A stretch of DNA of 64,000 nt from Nitrospinaceae bacterium. Its GTDB lineage: Bacteria; Nitrospinota; Nitrospinia; Nitrospinales; Nitrospinaceae. The stretch is from the NCBI GenBank assembly GCA_965223665.1, contig OZ245011.1:544001-608000 (forward strand), given 5' to 3'. Shown piece after piece: positions 28,418-37,737 of the stretch (the first letter of the stretch is position 1; each line of letters starts with the position of its first letter). The position numbers and the translations under genes are program-made. Under the pieces are notes generated by a model, which saw only the letters and a list, made by a program, of their open reading frames with translations, ran no database searches and had not been told where the DNA came from.

Positions 28418-29320
28418 GTGGAAGATTTAAGATCGAGACTCAAGAAGCTGATAGATATATTCACTTATGGGAACGCCAAAAAATTCGCCCATGATGCAGA
28501 AATCCCTTATTCCACTCTTAAGCAATACCTAAATTGCGAACGTACTAAATTCCCCTACGAACATTTATACGAAATTGATGAAAAACTAAATTTTTCGATG
28601 AGGTGGCTATTAAAAGGTAACAAAGAAAATAATGGCTCCCTTTATAGTGGTGGAACCTGCCCACTTTTTCCAACCTTAAGTTCTGAATCTGATTTGAATG
28701 GAGAACAAGTAAAAGAACGCTTAACTCATGTCCGAATGAGATGTTGTTTTACACCTGAAGAACTTGCAAAAAAAGTAGGAATTAATACTGAAAAAATTAA
28801 ACATTGGGAAAAAAAAGAAAACCCACCCGCTAACATGATTGAAAAATTATCAAAAGCTCTAAACATTAGCCCATACTTTTTAGCAATAAACCTTGGAAAG
28901 GTGACCCTGGGTTTCTCCGAGGGGTGTAAATTTATGAGCGATAAAGTTTTTAGGATAAGGGCAAAAGAGAATTTAACTACAAAGGAATTTGCTGATAAGC
29001 TCGGTAGGGATGAAAAAGAAATTAAAACATGGGAAGAAGAGAATTTATTTATTAAAATCGAGACCCTTAAAGATATAGCTTCAAAACTAAATAAACCCGA
29101 GGATTCCTTTCTTATTGAAAACGACCTTTTTGAAAAAAAAGATGACAACGACAAGGATATCATTGACCGCCTAGAAGTCCTTTCTGTTCCTGAGGAGAAG
29201 GTCTCTGTTAATGAATACTATGATGCTTTAAAAAGAGAAAACGAGAGTTTAAGAAATGAAAATAATGCTTTAAGAGAAATAATCAGACTTTTAAAAATTA
29301 AATACATGCCCAGACTTTGA
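28418..29320 (+). CDS. XRE-family regulator with three tandem HTH domains
   Basis: Three Cro/C1-like units and a C-terminal coiled coil; GTG 28418 preceded by ggagg. Confidence 0.8.
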   Translation: MEDLRSRLKKLIDIFTYGNAKKFAHDAEIPYSTLKQYLNCERTKFPYEHLYEIDEKLNFSMRWLLKGNKENNGSLYSGGTCPLFPTLSSESDLNGEQVKERLTHVRMRCCFTPEELAKKVGINTEKIKHWEKKENPPANMIEKLSKALNISPYFLAINLGKVTLGFSEGCKFMSDKVFRIRAKENLTTKEFADKLGRDEKEIKTWEEENLFIKIETLKDIASKLNKPEDSFLIENDLFEKKDDNDKDIIDRLEVLSVPEEKVSVNEYYDALKRENESLRNENNALREIIRLLKIKYMPRL

Positions 29321-29330
29321 AAATTTCAGT

Positions 29331-30320
29331 GTGGAGGGAAGGTTTTTGAAAAAATCAAAATTAGCAATATATATTTCCTGCCTATTTAGTGCGCTAATTG
29401 TATTATATAAAAGCAATTTTTTTTCCTTAACTTTTAAAGCAAATTTAAGCCCCATCCATATTTCTACTCAAATCCATAAACCAAAAAATGAATCTGGAAA
29501 GATAAAAATACTTTATGGTTTAAATTTTAGTCCTTATATTTTAAAAAATGAAAATCCCACCTGGTCTTGCTGTTGGAAAATCACTCAAGAAAAACTTCAA
29601 ACCCGAATGGAAATTATTCAACCATACGTTTCTTGGATTCGTACCTTTTCCACAATCCATGGTCTGGAAAAGACAGGGTCAATTGCGCATAACCTAGGAA
29701 TAAAAGTTGCTGTAGGTGCTTGGATAAATGAGGATAGCATCGCAAATCAGGTTCAAATTCAAAATTTAATTAAACTTTCTAATGAAGGTTACGTCGACAT
29801 AGCAATTGTTGGAAGTGAAGTTCTTCTGCGGAAAGATTTAAAGCCAAAACAATTGCTCGAATACATCCGACAAGTAAAAGGGGCTATTCCTAAAGGAATC
29901 CCGGTGACCACCGCAGATGTTTACAGCGTTTTCTTTGATCATCCAGAAATCCTGGAAGAGATAGATATTATTTTTGCAAACTTTTATCCCTTTTGGGAAG
30001 GGGTTCCGATCCAAGAAGCTTTAAATCGGTTTAAAAAAAGCTATGAGTTTCTAAAGAGTATAACTTCGGGAAAAGAAATAATTGTTTCTGAAACAGGTTG
30101 GCCTAGCCAAGGTGAAGCTGTAGGCAAAGCCTTCCCTTCACCGGAAAACGCTGCTACTTATTTCAAAGAATTTATTTCTTTTGCTCATACCAATGGTTTG
30201 AAATATTTTTACTTTGAAGCGTTTGACGAACCTTGGAAAGCTCAATTTGAAGGTGATAGGGGAAGTCATTGGGGAATCATGAACTCTAAGATGCAATTTA
30301 AACATCCTGAAAATTTTTGA
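29331..30320 (+). CDS. Glycoside hydrolase family 17 (beta-1,3-glucanase-like), N-terminally anchored
   Basis: VGSEVLLR, NFYPFWEG, SETGWPS, FEAFDEPWK, HWGI. Confidence 0.92.
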   Translation: MEGRFLKKSKLAIYISCLFSALIVLYKSNFFSLTFKANLSPIHISTQIHKPKNESGKIKILYGLNFSPYILKNENPTWSCCWKITQEKLQTRMEIIQPYVSWIRTFSTIHGLEKTGSIAHNLGIKVAVGAWINEDSIANQVQIQNLIKLSNEGYVDIAIVGSEVLLRKDLKPKQLLEYIRQVKGAIPKGIPVTTADVYSVFFDHPEILEEIDIIFANFYPFWEGVPIQEALNRFKKSYEFLKSITSGKEIIVSETGWPSQGEAVGKAFPSPENAATYFKEFISFAHTNGLKYFYFEAFDEPWKAQFEGDRGSHWGIMNSKMQFKHPENF

Positions 30321-30352
30321 AATTAATTTTAAAAATATGGGAGGTGATCAAA

Positions 30353-31273
30353 ATGGTAAAATGCAAAAATAACTTAGTTGTATTTTCGTTTTTATTGGCA
30401 ACGTTTTGTTTTATTGTGTTTGCCAAATCTTCAGATGCTTTAGAAGAAAAAATTATAGAACCGACTCAATTGCCAAAGGAGCATGGTTATTTGCTAGTTA
30501 AGCCTCTTTTTGAAGGTTGTAACGATGATGTAGCGATTGAAAGAAAAAACAACAAAGAGGGAAACACAAGCACTACGCTGGGGGAAAAAATTAAACTTGT
30601 CCCGGGTAGTTATAAAATAACAGTAAATATATTGAGAGAAAAAATAATTAAAGATAATGTTTTGATAAATAGCGGAGAAACAACCATTTTAAAAATATCT
30701 GAATTAGGTGGATTTGTAATGAAAAACTCAGAAAATAGTTTTATTCCGCCTTTCCGCGTTTTCTTTGATAACAGTGAACTGGATAAAACATTTTTCCCTG
30801 GGGATACTTATTGTTTTGTTAGTCTGGGAAAATATCAAATTAAATATACAGGGGGGGTGCGCCATAAAACCACTCGGTTGGAATACGGTTATTACTGCGA
30901 TATTTTCTCAAATTATTTAATTACATCGGCATCAACAAGGAAAAAACTAGAACATGATTTTAAAGTTGAGCCTGGACAGGTTACCATCATAGACCCTGAT
31001 AAAACAAATCTCCAATTTGGGCAAATCAAGGTGCTCCATTACGATTCAAAAAACATAAATTTAGGTGGAGTTAGTTTAGAATTTGAAGAAATGACCTCAA
31101 ATGAGAAATTTGAGCATTATGGGTCTTTGGGCAGTAAATATGAAATTGTGCCAGGGAAATATAAAGTTCGGATTCATGAGCAACCTTACACTGGTACAAT
31201 TTATGATTTAGAAATAAAGCCCGGGGAAGTGGTAACTTTAAAATTGCCAAAAATAGACGAGCCTTCAGAATAG
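30353..31273 (+). CDS. Exported protein with repeated beta-sandwich (PEGA-like) modules
   Basis: Signal peptide; repeated VPGSYKI / LGKYQI / VPGKYKV ... GE.T.L; RBS ggaggt before ATG 30353. Confidence 0.6.
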   Translation: MVKCKNNLVVFSFLLATFCFIVFAKSSDALEEKIIEPTQLPKEHGYLLVKPLFEGCNDDVAIERKNNKEGNTSTTLGEKIKLVPGSYKITVNILREKIIKDNVLINSGETTILKISELGGFVMKNSENSFIPPFRVFFDNSELDKTFFPGDTYCFVSLGKYQIKYTGGVRHKTTRLEYGYYCDIFSNYLITSASTRKKLEHDFKVEPGQVTIIDPDKTNLQFGQIKVLHYDSKNINLGGVSLEFEEMTSNEKFEHYGSLGSKYEIVPGKYKVRIHEQPYTGTIYDLEIKPGEVVTLKLPKIDEPSE

Positions 31274-31318
31274 CTAATTTAGTTTTCTAGAAAGTAAAAA
31301 TGTATATGAGGTACCGAA

Positions 31319-32134
31319 ATGACAATTCTAAAATGTTTATCCGTAAATAATACTCGATTAAAATTTTACACTTTAATCTGTTTAATTATTTTTTCTTGTT
31401 CCAAATCTTATGCTTTTGATGCTAGGGTTTTAGATATTAATGGAGCAGAATCAAAACTTGAATTTGGGTCGCATCATCAAATTCGAAATTCAATTCGATT
31501 TTCTTTTGGAGGAGGAGTCTTGAGTATTCCTTTTGAAAAAATTAAGAAAATCGAGGTTTTGGATAACAAAACTAAAAATAAAGATTTCAACTTAAAAGTT
31601 AGAATTGATTTATGGAGTGGTTTTTCTCTAAATGCACAAACAATTGATTTTAACTTTCAGGGTATTTTGTCTTCTGGAATCAATTACTCCATACCTTTTT
31701 ATAAAATTAGCACGATTGCTTATTTTAGGCCCAAAAAAACAGAGATGAAAATAAAAAGGAGTGTTTTTAAAAACAATCCCAGAAAGATGAAAATTAAAGC
31801 AAAAAATAGTGAGCAGACTGTGGAGGTGAAAGACTCTCGTTCAATTTGGAAGGAAAATTCATGTTTTATTTCAAATTCCTTTGAAACTCATAGGGAGCTA
31901 GATTTTTTTACCATGCGTTCTGGTTTAGCTGAGCTTAAGATACCTTTAAATAAAGTAAAACTCATAAAATCCATAAATAGTGATAAAGCAAACCATCTTT
32001 TAGTAATACTTAATGATGCCTCCAAGTTAAAAGGAAAGTCTATTTCTTATTGGGCTTTGGGAGGAGATTCTCAATATGGTTGCTTTCAGGTAAGTATGGA
32101 CAACCTAGAACAAGTTGAGTTTATTGAAAACTAA
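31319..32134 (+). CDS. Exported hypothetical protein
   Basis: Signal peptide; repeated IPFEKIKKI / IPFYKISTI / IPLNKVKLI units. Confidence 0.6.
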   Translation: MTILKCLSVNNTRLKFYTLICLIIFSCSKSYAFDARVLDINGAESKLEFGSHHQIRNSIRFSFGGGVLSIPFEKIKKIEVLDNKTKNKDFNLKVRIDLWSGFSLNAQTIDFNFQGILSSGINYSIPFYKISTIAYFRPKKTEMKIKRSVFKNNPRKMKIKAKNSEQTVEVKDSRSIWKENSCFISNSFETHRELDFFTMRSGLAELKIPLNKVKLIKSINSDKANHLLVILNDASKLKGKSISYWALGGDSQYGCFQVSMDNLEQVEFIEN

Positions 32135-32453
32135 TCTTTCTTTTTCTATTTATTTAAAGGAGTAAAAAATAGTTTAAAAAAATGTTGCGCTCGAAATATT
32201 GATTGCAATTAATAATCATTATCAAATGCTAACCTATAATATTGGTATTTTATGATTTATTTTTTACCACTAGTCATATTATTTTTGGTTGTTTGGGATT
32301 CTACGGTCAGGTTTAAAAGGACTCATTATTTTTCCTTCAGGAACATAACTAGATAAGTTTTTCAGAAATTATTTTTTTTGCTTTTCCCAAATTAAAAGGC
32401 CTATTAGTTTAAGAACACAAATTTAGAAGGGAATTTTTGTAAAATTAATTGTT

Positions 32454-34367
32454 ATGAGATTTAGCATTGAAAATAATTTATTAATTGAAGAAAATAAAAG
32501 AACTAAGAATTTCCAAGGTATATTTATAACTTTTATTTTTCTTTTGGTTTTTTGCCAATTGATTTTTATCCCTTCAGCTTTGGCAAATTTAAAAAAATAT
32601 GAAAAATATCCTTTTTTAATAAAAATACCAAACTCCTGGAAAAGCTTTAGCGAGAAAAAAATTCTTTCAATGAGGAAGAATTTTGAAAAAAGAATGCCCT
32701 CCATATATAAAAAATACTATGGAATAGATATGGGAAGTTTTATTAATTTTCCATATTTTGAAGCATTCCATAGCCTTGACAATAAATCTATTTTCTCAGT
32801 ACTGGTTGTTCGCTTTCCCCCCAAAAAAAACTATCTAAATGAAATAAATAAAGATTTAGAAAATAAAATGGAGTGGGCAAAAAAACAAGGCCTTTTAAAG
32901 AATTGGGAATTATCGAAATGGACTGAAATTGGGATTTTTAAATCCGTTTCCTTAGATATTGAGCTTTCTAATGGCTCTTGGAATTTCATAACTTATCTTT
33001 ATGACAAGGAAATGCCCTATCAATTTATTATGTTATCCCTTAATTCTCTAAAAGATAGGAAGCAAAGTAAGAATGTTTTTAAAAAAATACTTTATTCCTT
33101 AAAGGTTGATTTTTCTTTTAAAGGGAATGTGGGGAAAGAAGGTTTTGTTTTTTCAAAAAAATGCCAAAAATATTTTATGGTCACAAGAAATAATGAAATT
33201 GATTTGAAAAGGGTAATAATGATTTTCCAAGAACCTCATTGGGACTATTTAGCTCAATGGAACCTTGTAAAAGGGTTAGAAATCTTTTTTGAAGAAAATC
33301 AAAATTTGCTTAAAAGGTCAGTTTTTCTTTCTGAGGGCACTAAAGCGATGAAGAAGATTTCCGTATCGGAACTATCTCATTTGGACAATAATCCCTCTTC
33401 AGACATTGTAAAAAAAATTTTAGAAAGTTATTTGATTACTGGTTACCAAGCGTTTAATTGGATGATGAGAAGAGATATTCCTACCTATGGAATAGAAGAC
33501 TGGTCTCTTTATAATGAATCGGCAAAATTATGGGCAGAAGGAAAATATAATCGTTGGGCTGTAACAGTAGCAGCTAGAAATAAAAGAATAGTAGAAGTTC
33601 TTTTAAAAATGAAGGCTCAATATGACAACCCTATGTTGTTTGTTGGTTTAATGCATCTTTACAAAATTCCTCAAGATTTGTTTTTTAAAGGCCAAGAAAA
33701 ATTGAATCCAAAATCATCGGCAAAAAAAGCAATTAATGCTGGGATTGAAGGTTTGCTAAATAAACATAATCTAAATTTTATATTTATTGAACCGGTCATG
33801 GATATAACAATTCAACAAAACTCCAATGAAATTGAACGTTACAGAAAACTGTTCTTTGCACAATTGGACCATGACTATGAATCCTATATAGAAAACTTCT
33901 TGTCAAATAGAGCAAATAAAAAGGAAAAAACAAAAATAAACGATGGGGTGACAAATACTTCCAACCCACAGCAAGCTGCAAAACTTCTTTCAAAATTAAA
34001 GAAAAATAATAATGGTGAACCCAGTAAAGGGAAAGGAAAAAAAAATAAGGATGCCCAAAAGGGTAAGAAAGCAAAAATTGATAACTTATTAAAGGCTGGG
34101 AAACAACCAGATAAAAATGGGCTTACAAAAGCTGGGCGAGGTTTACAAAAACATGGTGATAGAAAGAATAGTATCTTCCCAAAATCAAAGGGAAGTCCTG
34201 CTGAGCGAAACAAACAAGGTCAAGATGTTCTTGAAGGAATATTAAAAAGTAATAATAAAACTTCGACACCAAATCGCTTCGGAGATGAAGATATTTATGA
34301 TAATAATACGGGTCGGGGTGTTAGGTTTAATAAAGACGGAAGTATGCGAGGATTTTTGGAGCCATGA
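32454..34367 (+). CDS. Secreted multidomain protein with a C-terminal polymorphic-toxin (putative RNase) domain
   Basis: Signal-like segment ending PSALA; Lys-rich linker; C-terminus LTKAGRGLQKHG.R...N.QGQ..L..IL...G.GVRF..DG...GFLEP resembles CdiA/Rhs toxin tips. Confidence 0.72.
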   Translation: MRFSIENNLLIEENKRTKNFQGIFITFIFLLVFCQLIFIPSALANLKKYEKYPFLIKIPNSWKSFSEKKILSMRKNFEKRMPSIYKKYYGIDMGSFINFPYFEAFHSLDNKSIFSVLVVRFPPKKNYLNEINKDLENKMEWAKKQGLLKNWELSKWTEIGIFKSVSLDIELSNGSWNFITYLYDKEMPYQFIMLSLNSLKDRKQSKNVFKKILYSLKVDFSFKGNVGKEGFVFSKKCQKYFMVTRNNEIDLKRVIMIFQEPHWDYLAQWNLVKGLEIFFEENQNLLKRSVFLSEGTKAMKKISVSELSHLDNNPSSDIVKKILESYLITGYQAFNWMMRRDIPTYGIEDWSLYNESAKLWAEGKYNRWAVTVAARNKRIVEVLLKMKAQYDNPMLFVGLMHLYKIPQDLFFKGQEKLNPKSSAKKAINAGIEGLLNKHNLNFIFIEPVMDITIQQNSNEIERYRKLFFAQLDHDYESYIENFLSNRANKKEKTKINDGVTNTSNPQQAAKLLSKLKKNNNGEPSKGKGKKNKDAQKGKKAKIDNLLKAGKQPDKNGLTKAGRGLQKHGDRKNSIFPKSKGSPAERNKQGQDVLEGILKSNNKTSTPNRFGDEDIYDNNTGRGVRFNKDGSMRGFLEP

Positions 34368-34370
34368 GAT

Positions 34371-34616
34371 ATGAGTGATTCAGACATTGAAATTTTATTA
34401 TCAAGTGATTGTGAATATAAAAAACTAACGGCTGAAATCTATTTTAAAGGAAAATATATTGCTTTGCTTAATCAAGATGAAGGGAAAGAAAATCTGAAAA
34501 TCGAGTTTCCGGAAGGGGATTTGGATGAAGAAAGGATTGCCCGAAAAATCGATCTTTCTATTTTTGAAAAGGGATTATTGCTTGCAAAAAAGAAAATTCA
34601 TGAAGTAAATGGGTAA
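34371..34616 (+). CDS. Putative cognate immunity protein
   Basis: Small acidic ORF 3 bp after the toxin stop; SSD.EY..LTAEIYF pattern. Confidence 0.68.
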   Translation: MSDSDIEILLSSDCEYKKLTAEIYFKGKYIALLNQDEGKENLKIEFPEGDLDEERIARKIDLSIFEKGLLLAKKKIHEVNG

Positions 34617-34754
34617 TAAGAATAGGTATTGCAATAATTTCTTTCAATATTATTTAGAATTTAAAACTTAGAATTAATGAATGACTTTTTCAGAATGCTT
34701 TCATATCAAAAAAGTTTAGTAAAAAATTATTTGCTTTAAAGGAAGGAGATCATC

Positions 34755-35261
34755 ATGGAATTAATAAATATTATTAGATTCCCTAATTTAAAAAGATTTT
34801 TATCTCAAATAATTTTGGCCTTGTTTATAATTCTACTTCCTTATTTATGCTGGGGAGGAATGTATAATGATGATGCTGCACCTGAAAAAGACAAAGAAGC
34901 AAAAACCTTTAACAAAGTAAATGATAAATCTGTTATTTATGTTTATCGAGAAAACTCAATTATCGCAATAATACAAGCATTCAGGTTATATATTGACAAT
35001 GAAATAATTGTTGATTGTACTTCCGGCACATTTGTTCGACTTACTGTTAAACCTGGGTCCCACACCATAGGAGTTGGTAACGTTTCGAGTCGTTCGATTA
35101 TAGATTCAGTATCATTAAAAACAGAGAAAGGGGGAATCTATTATGTTAAGTTATCAGTTGGTGCGAATATCTTTTCTGGTGTCCCTAAATTAAAAAAGAC
35201 AATTGAAAATGAAGCTCAAAAAGAGATCAAAAAACTAACTTTGATTAAAAAAAGGAAGTGA
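34755..35261 (+). CDS. DUF2846-like exported protein
   Basis: KSVIYVYR, YIDNE, GTF...VKPGSHTI, GGIYYV. Confidence 0.75.
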   Translation: MELINIIRFPNLKRFLSQIILALFIILLPYLCWGGMYNDDAAPEKDKEAKTFNKVNDKSVIYVYRENSIIAIIQAFRLYIDNEIIVDCTSGTFVRLTVKPGSHTIGVGNVSSRSIIDSVSLKTEKGGIYYVKLSVGANIFSGVPKLKKTIENEAQKEIKKLTLIKKRK

Positions 35262-35386
35262 AAATAAGGCCTGTTTAATTTTTCCAATAAATATAGATTT
35301 TAATTTAGTTTAAATTTGCTTAAATCGATCGTCTAATTTTATAGACGTAAAATTCAATTTTAACGTTAACAAAATAAAGGTATTCC

Positions 35387-36169
35387 ATGTCAATAATAAA
35401 AAATAAAACCTTAATGAATCAATGTGGTTTTCTAATAATATATATTTTTTGTTTTTCGATAGTATTATCCAATTCAAGTTCCCTGAATGCTGACACTATT
35501 CAAGCCGCTGCAAAAAGGGGAGATATTGACTCGGTGGTTTCTCTTTTGGGAAAGGGTGTTGATTCAAATTGGAAGGACGGCGATGGTGTGACAGCATTGA
35601 TGTATGCTTCTGAAGAGGGTCATACTGAAATTGTTAAATTATTATTAGAAAAAGGAGCAAATACAAATATTAAAGATTCTACTTATGGTATGACTGCTCT
35701 AATGTTAGCTTCTGCTGGAGGACATTTTAAAATTGTAGAATTATTATTAAATTCTAAGGCCGATCCGAAAATTAAGGATCAAAACTTAGGTGCAACAGCT
35801 TTATTCGGTGCTGCATCATATGGTTATGAGCAAATAGTAAAGGTTTTAATTAAAAAGGGTGCAAAGGTGAATGTTAGAAATAATAATAATCAAACACCAC
35901 TAATGATTTCTGCGGTTAATGGACACCTTATTATTGTTAAATTACTTCTTGAGGAAAATGCGGAAGTAAACGTAAAAGGTTCAAAATATGGTGCAACTGC
36001 TTTGATGGGTGCGTCAATCAATGGTCATAAAGATATAGTTAAAATGCTTCTAAATAAAGGGGCGGATTTAAATGAGAAGAATATTAATGGAATAACAGCT
36101 TTAGAAATGGCAAGGCTAAAAGGTAGGAATGAGATTGTTCAAATACTTAAAAATGCAAAGTCTCAATAA
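35387..36169 (+). CDS. Exported ankyrin-repeat protein
   Basis: About seven G.TALM.A...GH..IV.LLL..GA repeats after a signal peptide. Confidence 0.95.
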   Translation: MSIIKNKTLMNQCGFLIIYIFCFSIVLSNSSSLNADTIQAAAKRGDIDSVVSLLGKGVDSNWKDGDGVTALMYASEEGHTEIVKLLLEKGANTNIKDSTYGMTALMLASAGGHFKIVELLLNSKADPKIKDQNLGATALFGAASYGYEQIVKVLIKKGAKVNVRNNNNQTPLMISAVNGHLIIVKLLLEENAEVNVKGSKYGATALMGASINGHKDIVKMLLNKGADLNEKNINGITALEMARLKGRNEIVQILKNAKSQ

Positions 36170-36183
36170 TTAAGTTTTTATAC

Positions 36184-36777
36184 TTATTTGTTTTTATTAA
36201 ATGAAACGGATTCAACAATTTTTTTTATTTGGCTTGGAAAAGACTCCTCTATTCCAGGGAAAAAAGACATAATAGTAATCAAAGTTTTTTGATTTTCAGA
36301 TGGCATTATAAAGTTAACATTTCTATTATTTTTGGAATTGCCCCCTCCAGTCCAATCTGTCTTAAGTACTTTTTTTCCTCCAACTTTTATTATATCTATA
36401 AAGTTAATTAATTTTACGATACCTTTATCGATACCCATTTGAAATTGTTGTTTGTTTTGCTCTAAAAGTTTTTCTAATGTAGGTTTGGTTTCTTTATATA
36501 CAAAATCATAAATGATTACTATAAAGCCTGTGGGTGTTCTAAATCCGTTAAAGTTTTCATTAAATTTTACATGATTTTTTATTTCGTTTGGCAAAAGCAT
36601 GGCTTTAAAATTTTTCTTTTTATCATTATTAAATTCATTCCAATTGCCTGGAACACTAAAAGAATATCCCTTAGCTGGAACGATTTTAGTTGAATTGGCA
36701 AAGGCAATAATTGGAAAATATGCAATGAATACAAGGGTAATTATTCTAACAAGAGTTTTTTTCATTTCATTTTTCAA
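36184..36777 (-). CDS. Exported hypothetical protein (PsbP-like fold possible)
   Basis: Signal peptide ending AFA; GYSFSVPGNW; C-terminal KKIVESVSF. Confidence 0.6.
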   Translation of the reverse strand: MKNEMKKTLVRIITLVFIAYFPIIAFANSTKIVPAKGYSFSVPGNWNEFNNDKKKNFKAMLLPNEIKNHVKFNENFNGFRTPTGFIVIIYDFVYKETKPTLEKLLEQNKQQFQMGIDKGIVKLINFIDIIKVGGKKVLKTDWTGGGNSKNNRNVNFIMPSENQKTLITIMSFFPGIEESFPSQIKKIVESVSFNKNK

Positions 36778-36899
36778 AAATATTAAGTAATTTGATTCTT
36801 TTTATACCACTTTAAGGATTTCTCTTTCAAATGATTTCTGGTTAATCCTAAATATTTTTCTTTACAAAATACTCACCCCTTGACACCCACTTTGAGAAA

Positions 36900-37580
36900 T
36901 TGAGAGAAGGTGATTTAACCAAGAAAGACAGAATGGAATTAAGGGATATTTATGACAATGCTCTAATTGTGAAAAATCAATTATTAGAATCACTAAATTT
37001 CGTTGGATGTCATTTGCCGGAAGTTAAAGCTTTAGGTGAAAATGATGCAGTCTCACTGGGAGCTTTAATCGAGGAGATCAGTGGAATTTGTCACCATCTG
37101 GATCGTTTAAAGAGTCAAATCTGTATTCTCACTCGGGTAGCTTTCGCATGTCGTTGGATGAATGACTACGAAAGGAAAATGCTCCCTGTGGTATGCAAAG
37201 ATTTCCCAAAAGATTATAGGGAATGTCAGGAATTTCGTTTTGATATGGTAGACCTGTATTGCCTTTTTGATTTAGTTGATACTCATTTAAAAACTTTGGA
37301 AGATATTTCGCCTCTGAAGGATTACGATCCAGATTCATTCTCCATTCAAGAGCTTACTGAAAAGGATTTGTTGGATGAAAGCCAAACGAAATTCTGGTTA
37401 GAAGCTCTTCGGATGGAATTACAACATGAATTAATAGCTGCTTTTTGTGATCTTACTGAAGAACAGATAAAGATATTTTTCAATATTCGTTTGTTGGGAG
37501 TTCACCGAAGACAAAAAGAAATAGGTAGATTGTTGGAAGTGGAAATAGAAGAAGAATCCTCCGACCAAGAATCCAACTAA
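36900..37580 (+). CDS. Acidic helical hypothetical protein
   Basis: 226-aa ORF, start uncertain; no family recognised. Confidence 0.5.
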   Translation: MREGDLTKKDRMELRDIYDNALIVKNQLLESLNFVGCHLPEVKALGENDAVSLGALIEEISGICHHLDRLKSQICILTRVAFACRWMNDYERKMLPVVCKDFPKDYRECQEFRFDMVDLYCLFDLVDTHLKTLEDISPLKDYDPDSFSIQELTEKDLLDESQTKFWLEALRMELQHELIAAFCDLTEEQIKIFFNIRLLGVHRRQKEIGRLLEVEIEEESSDQESN

Positions 37581-37597
37581 CATCAGCTTTTATCGTT

Positions 37598-37613
37598 GGT
37601 GCCTTCGGGCACC
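37598..37613 (+). terminator. Hairpin with a cUUCGg tetraloop
   Basis: GGTGCC-TTCG-GGCACC 17 bp after the stop of 36900..37580. Confidence 0.45.
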
Positions 37614-37737
37614 CGAACTTTAGGATAACATTTGTATTTTACCCCTATAATACCTCACCAACAATATTGACAGTATTGGCTAATTTCAGTAATGTTCCGA
37701 ATGCTAACGAACATCCTATTTGTCCTTGGAGGAGATC

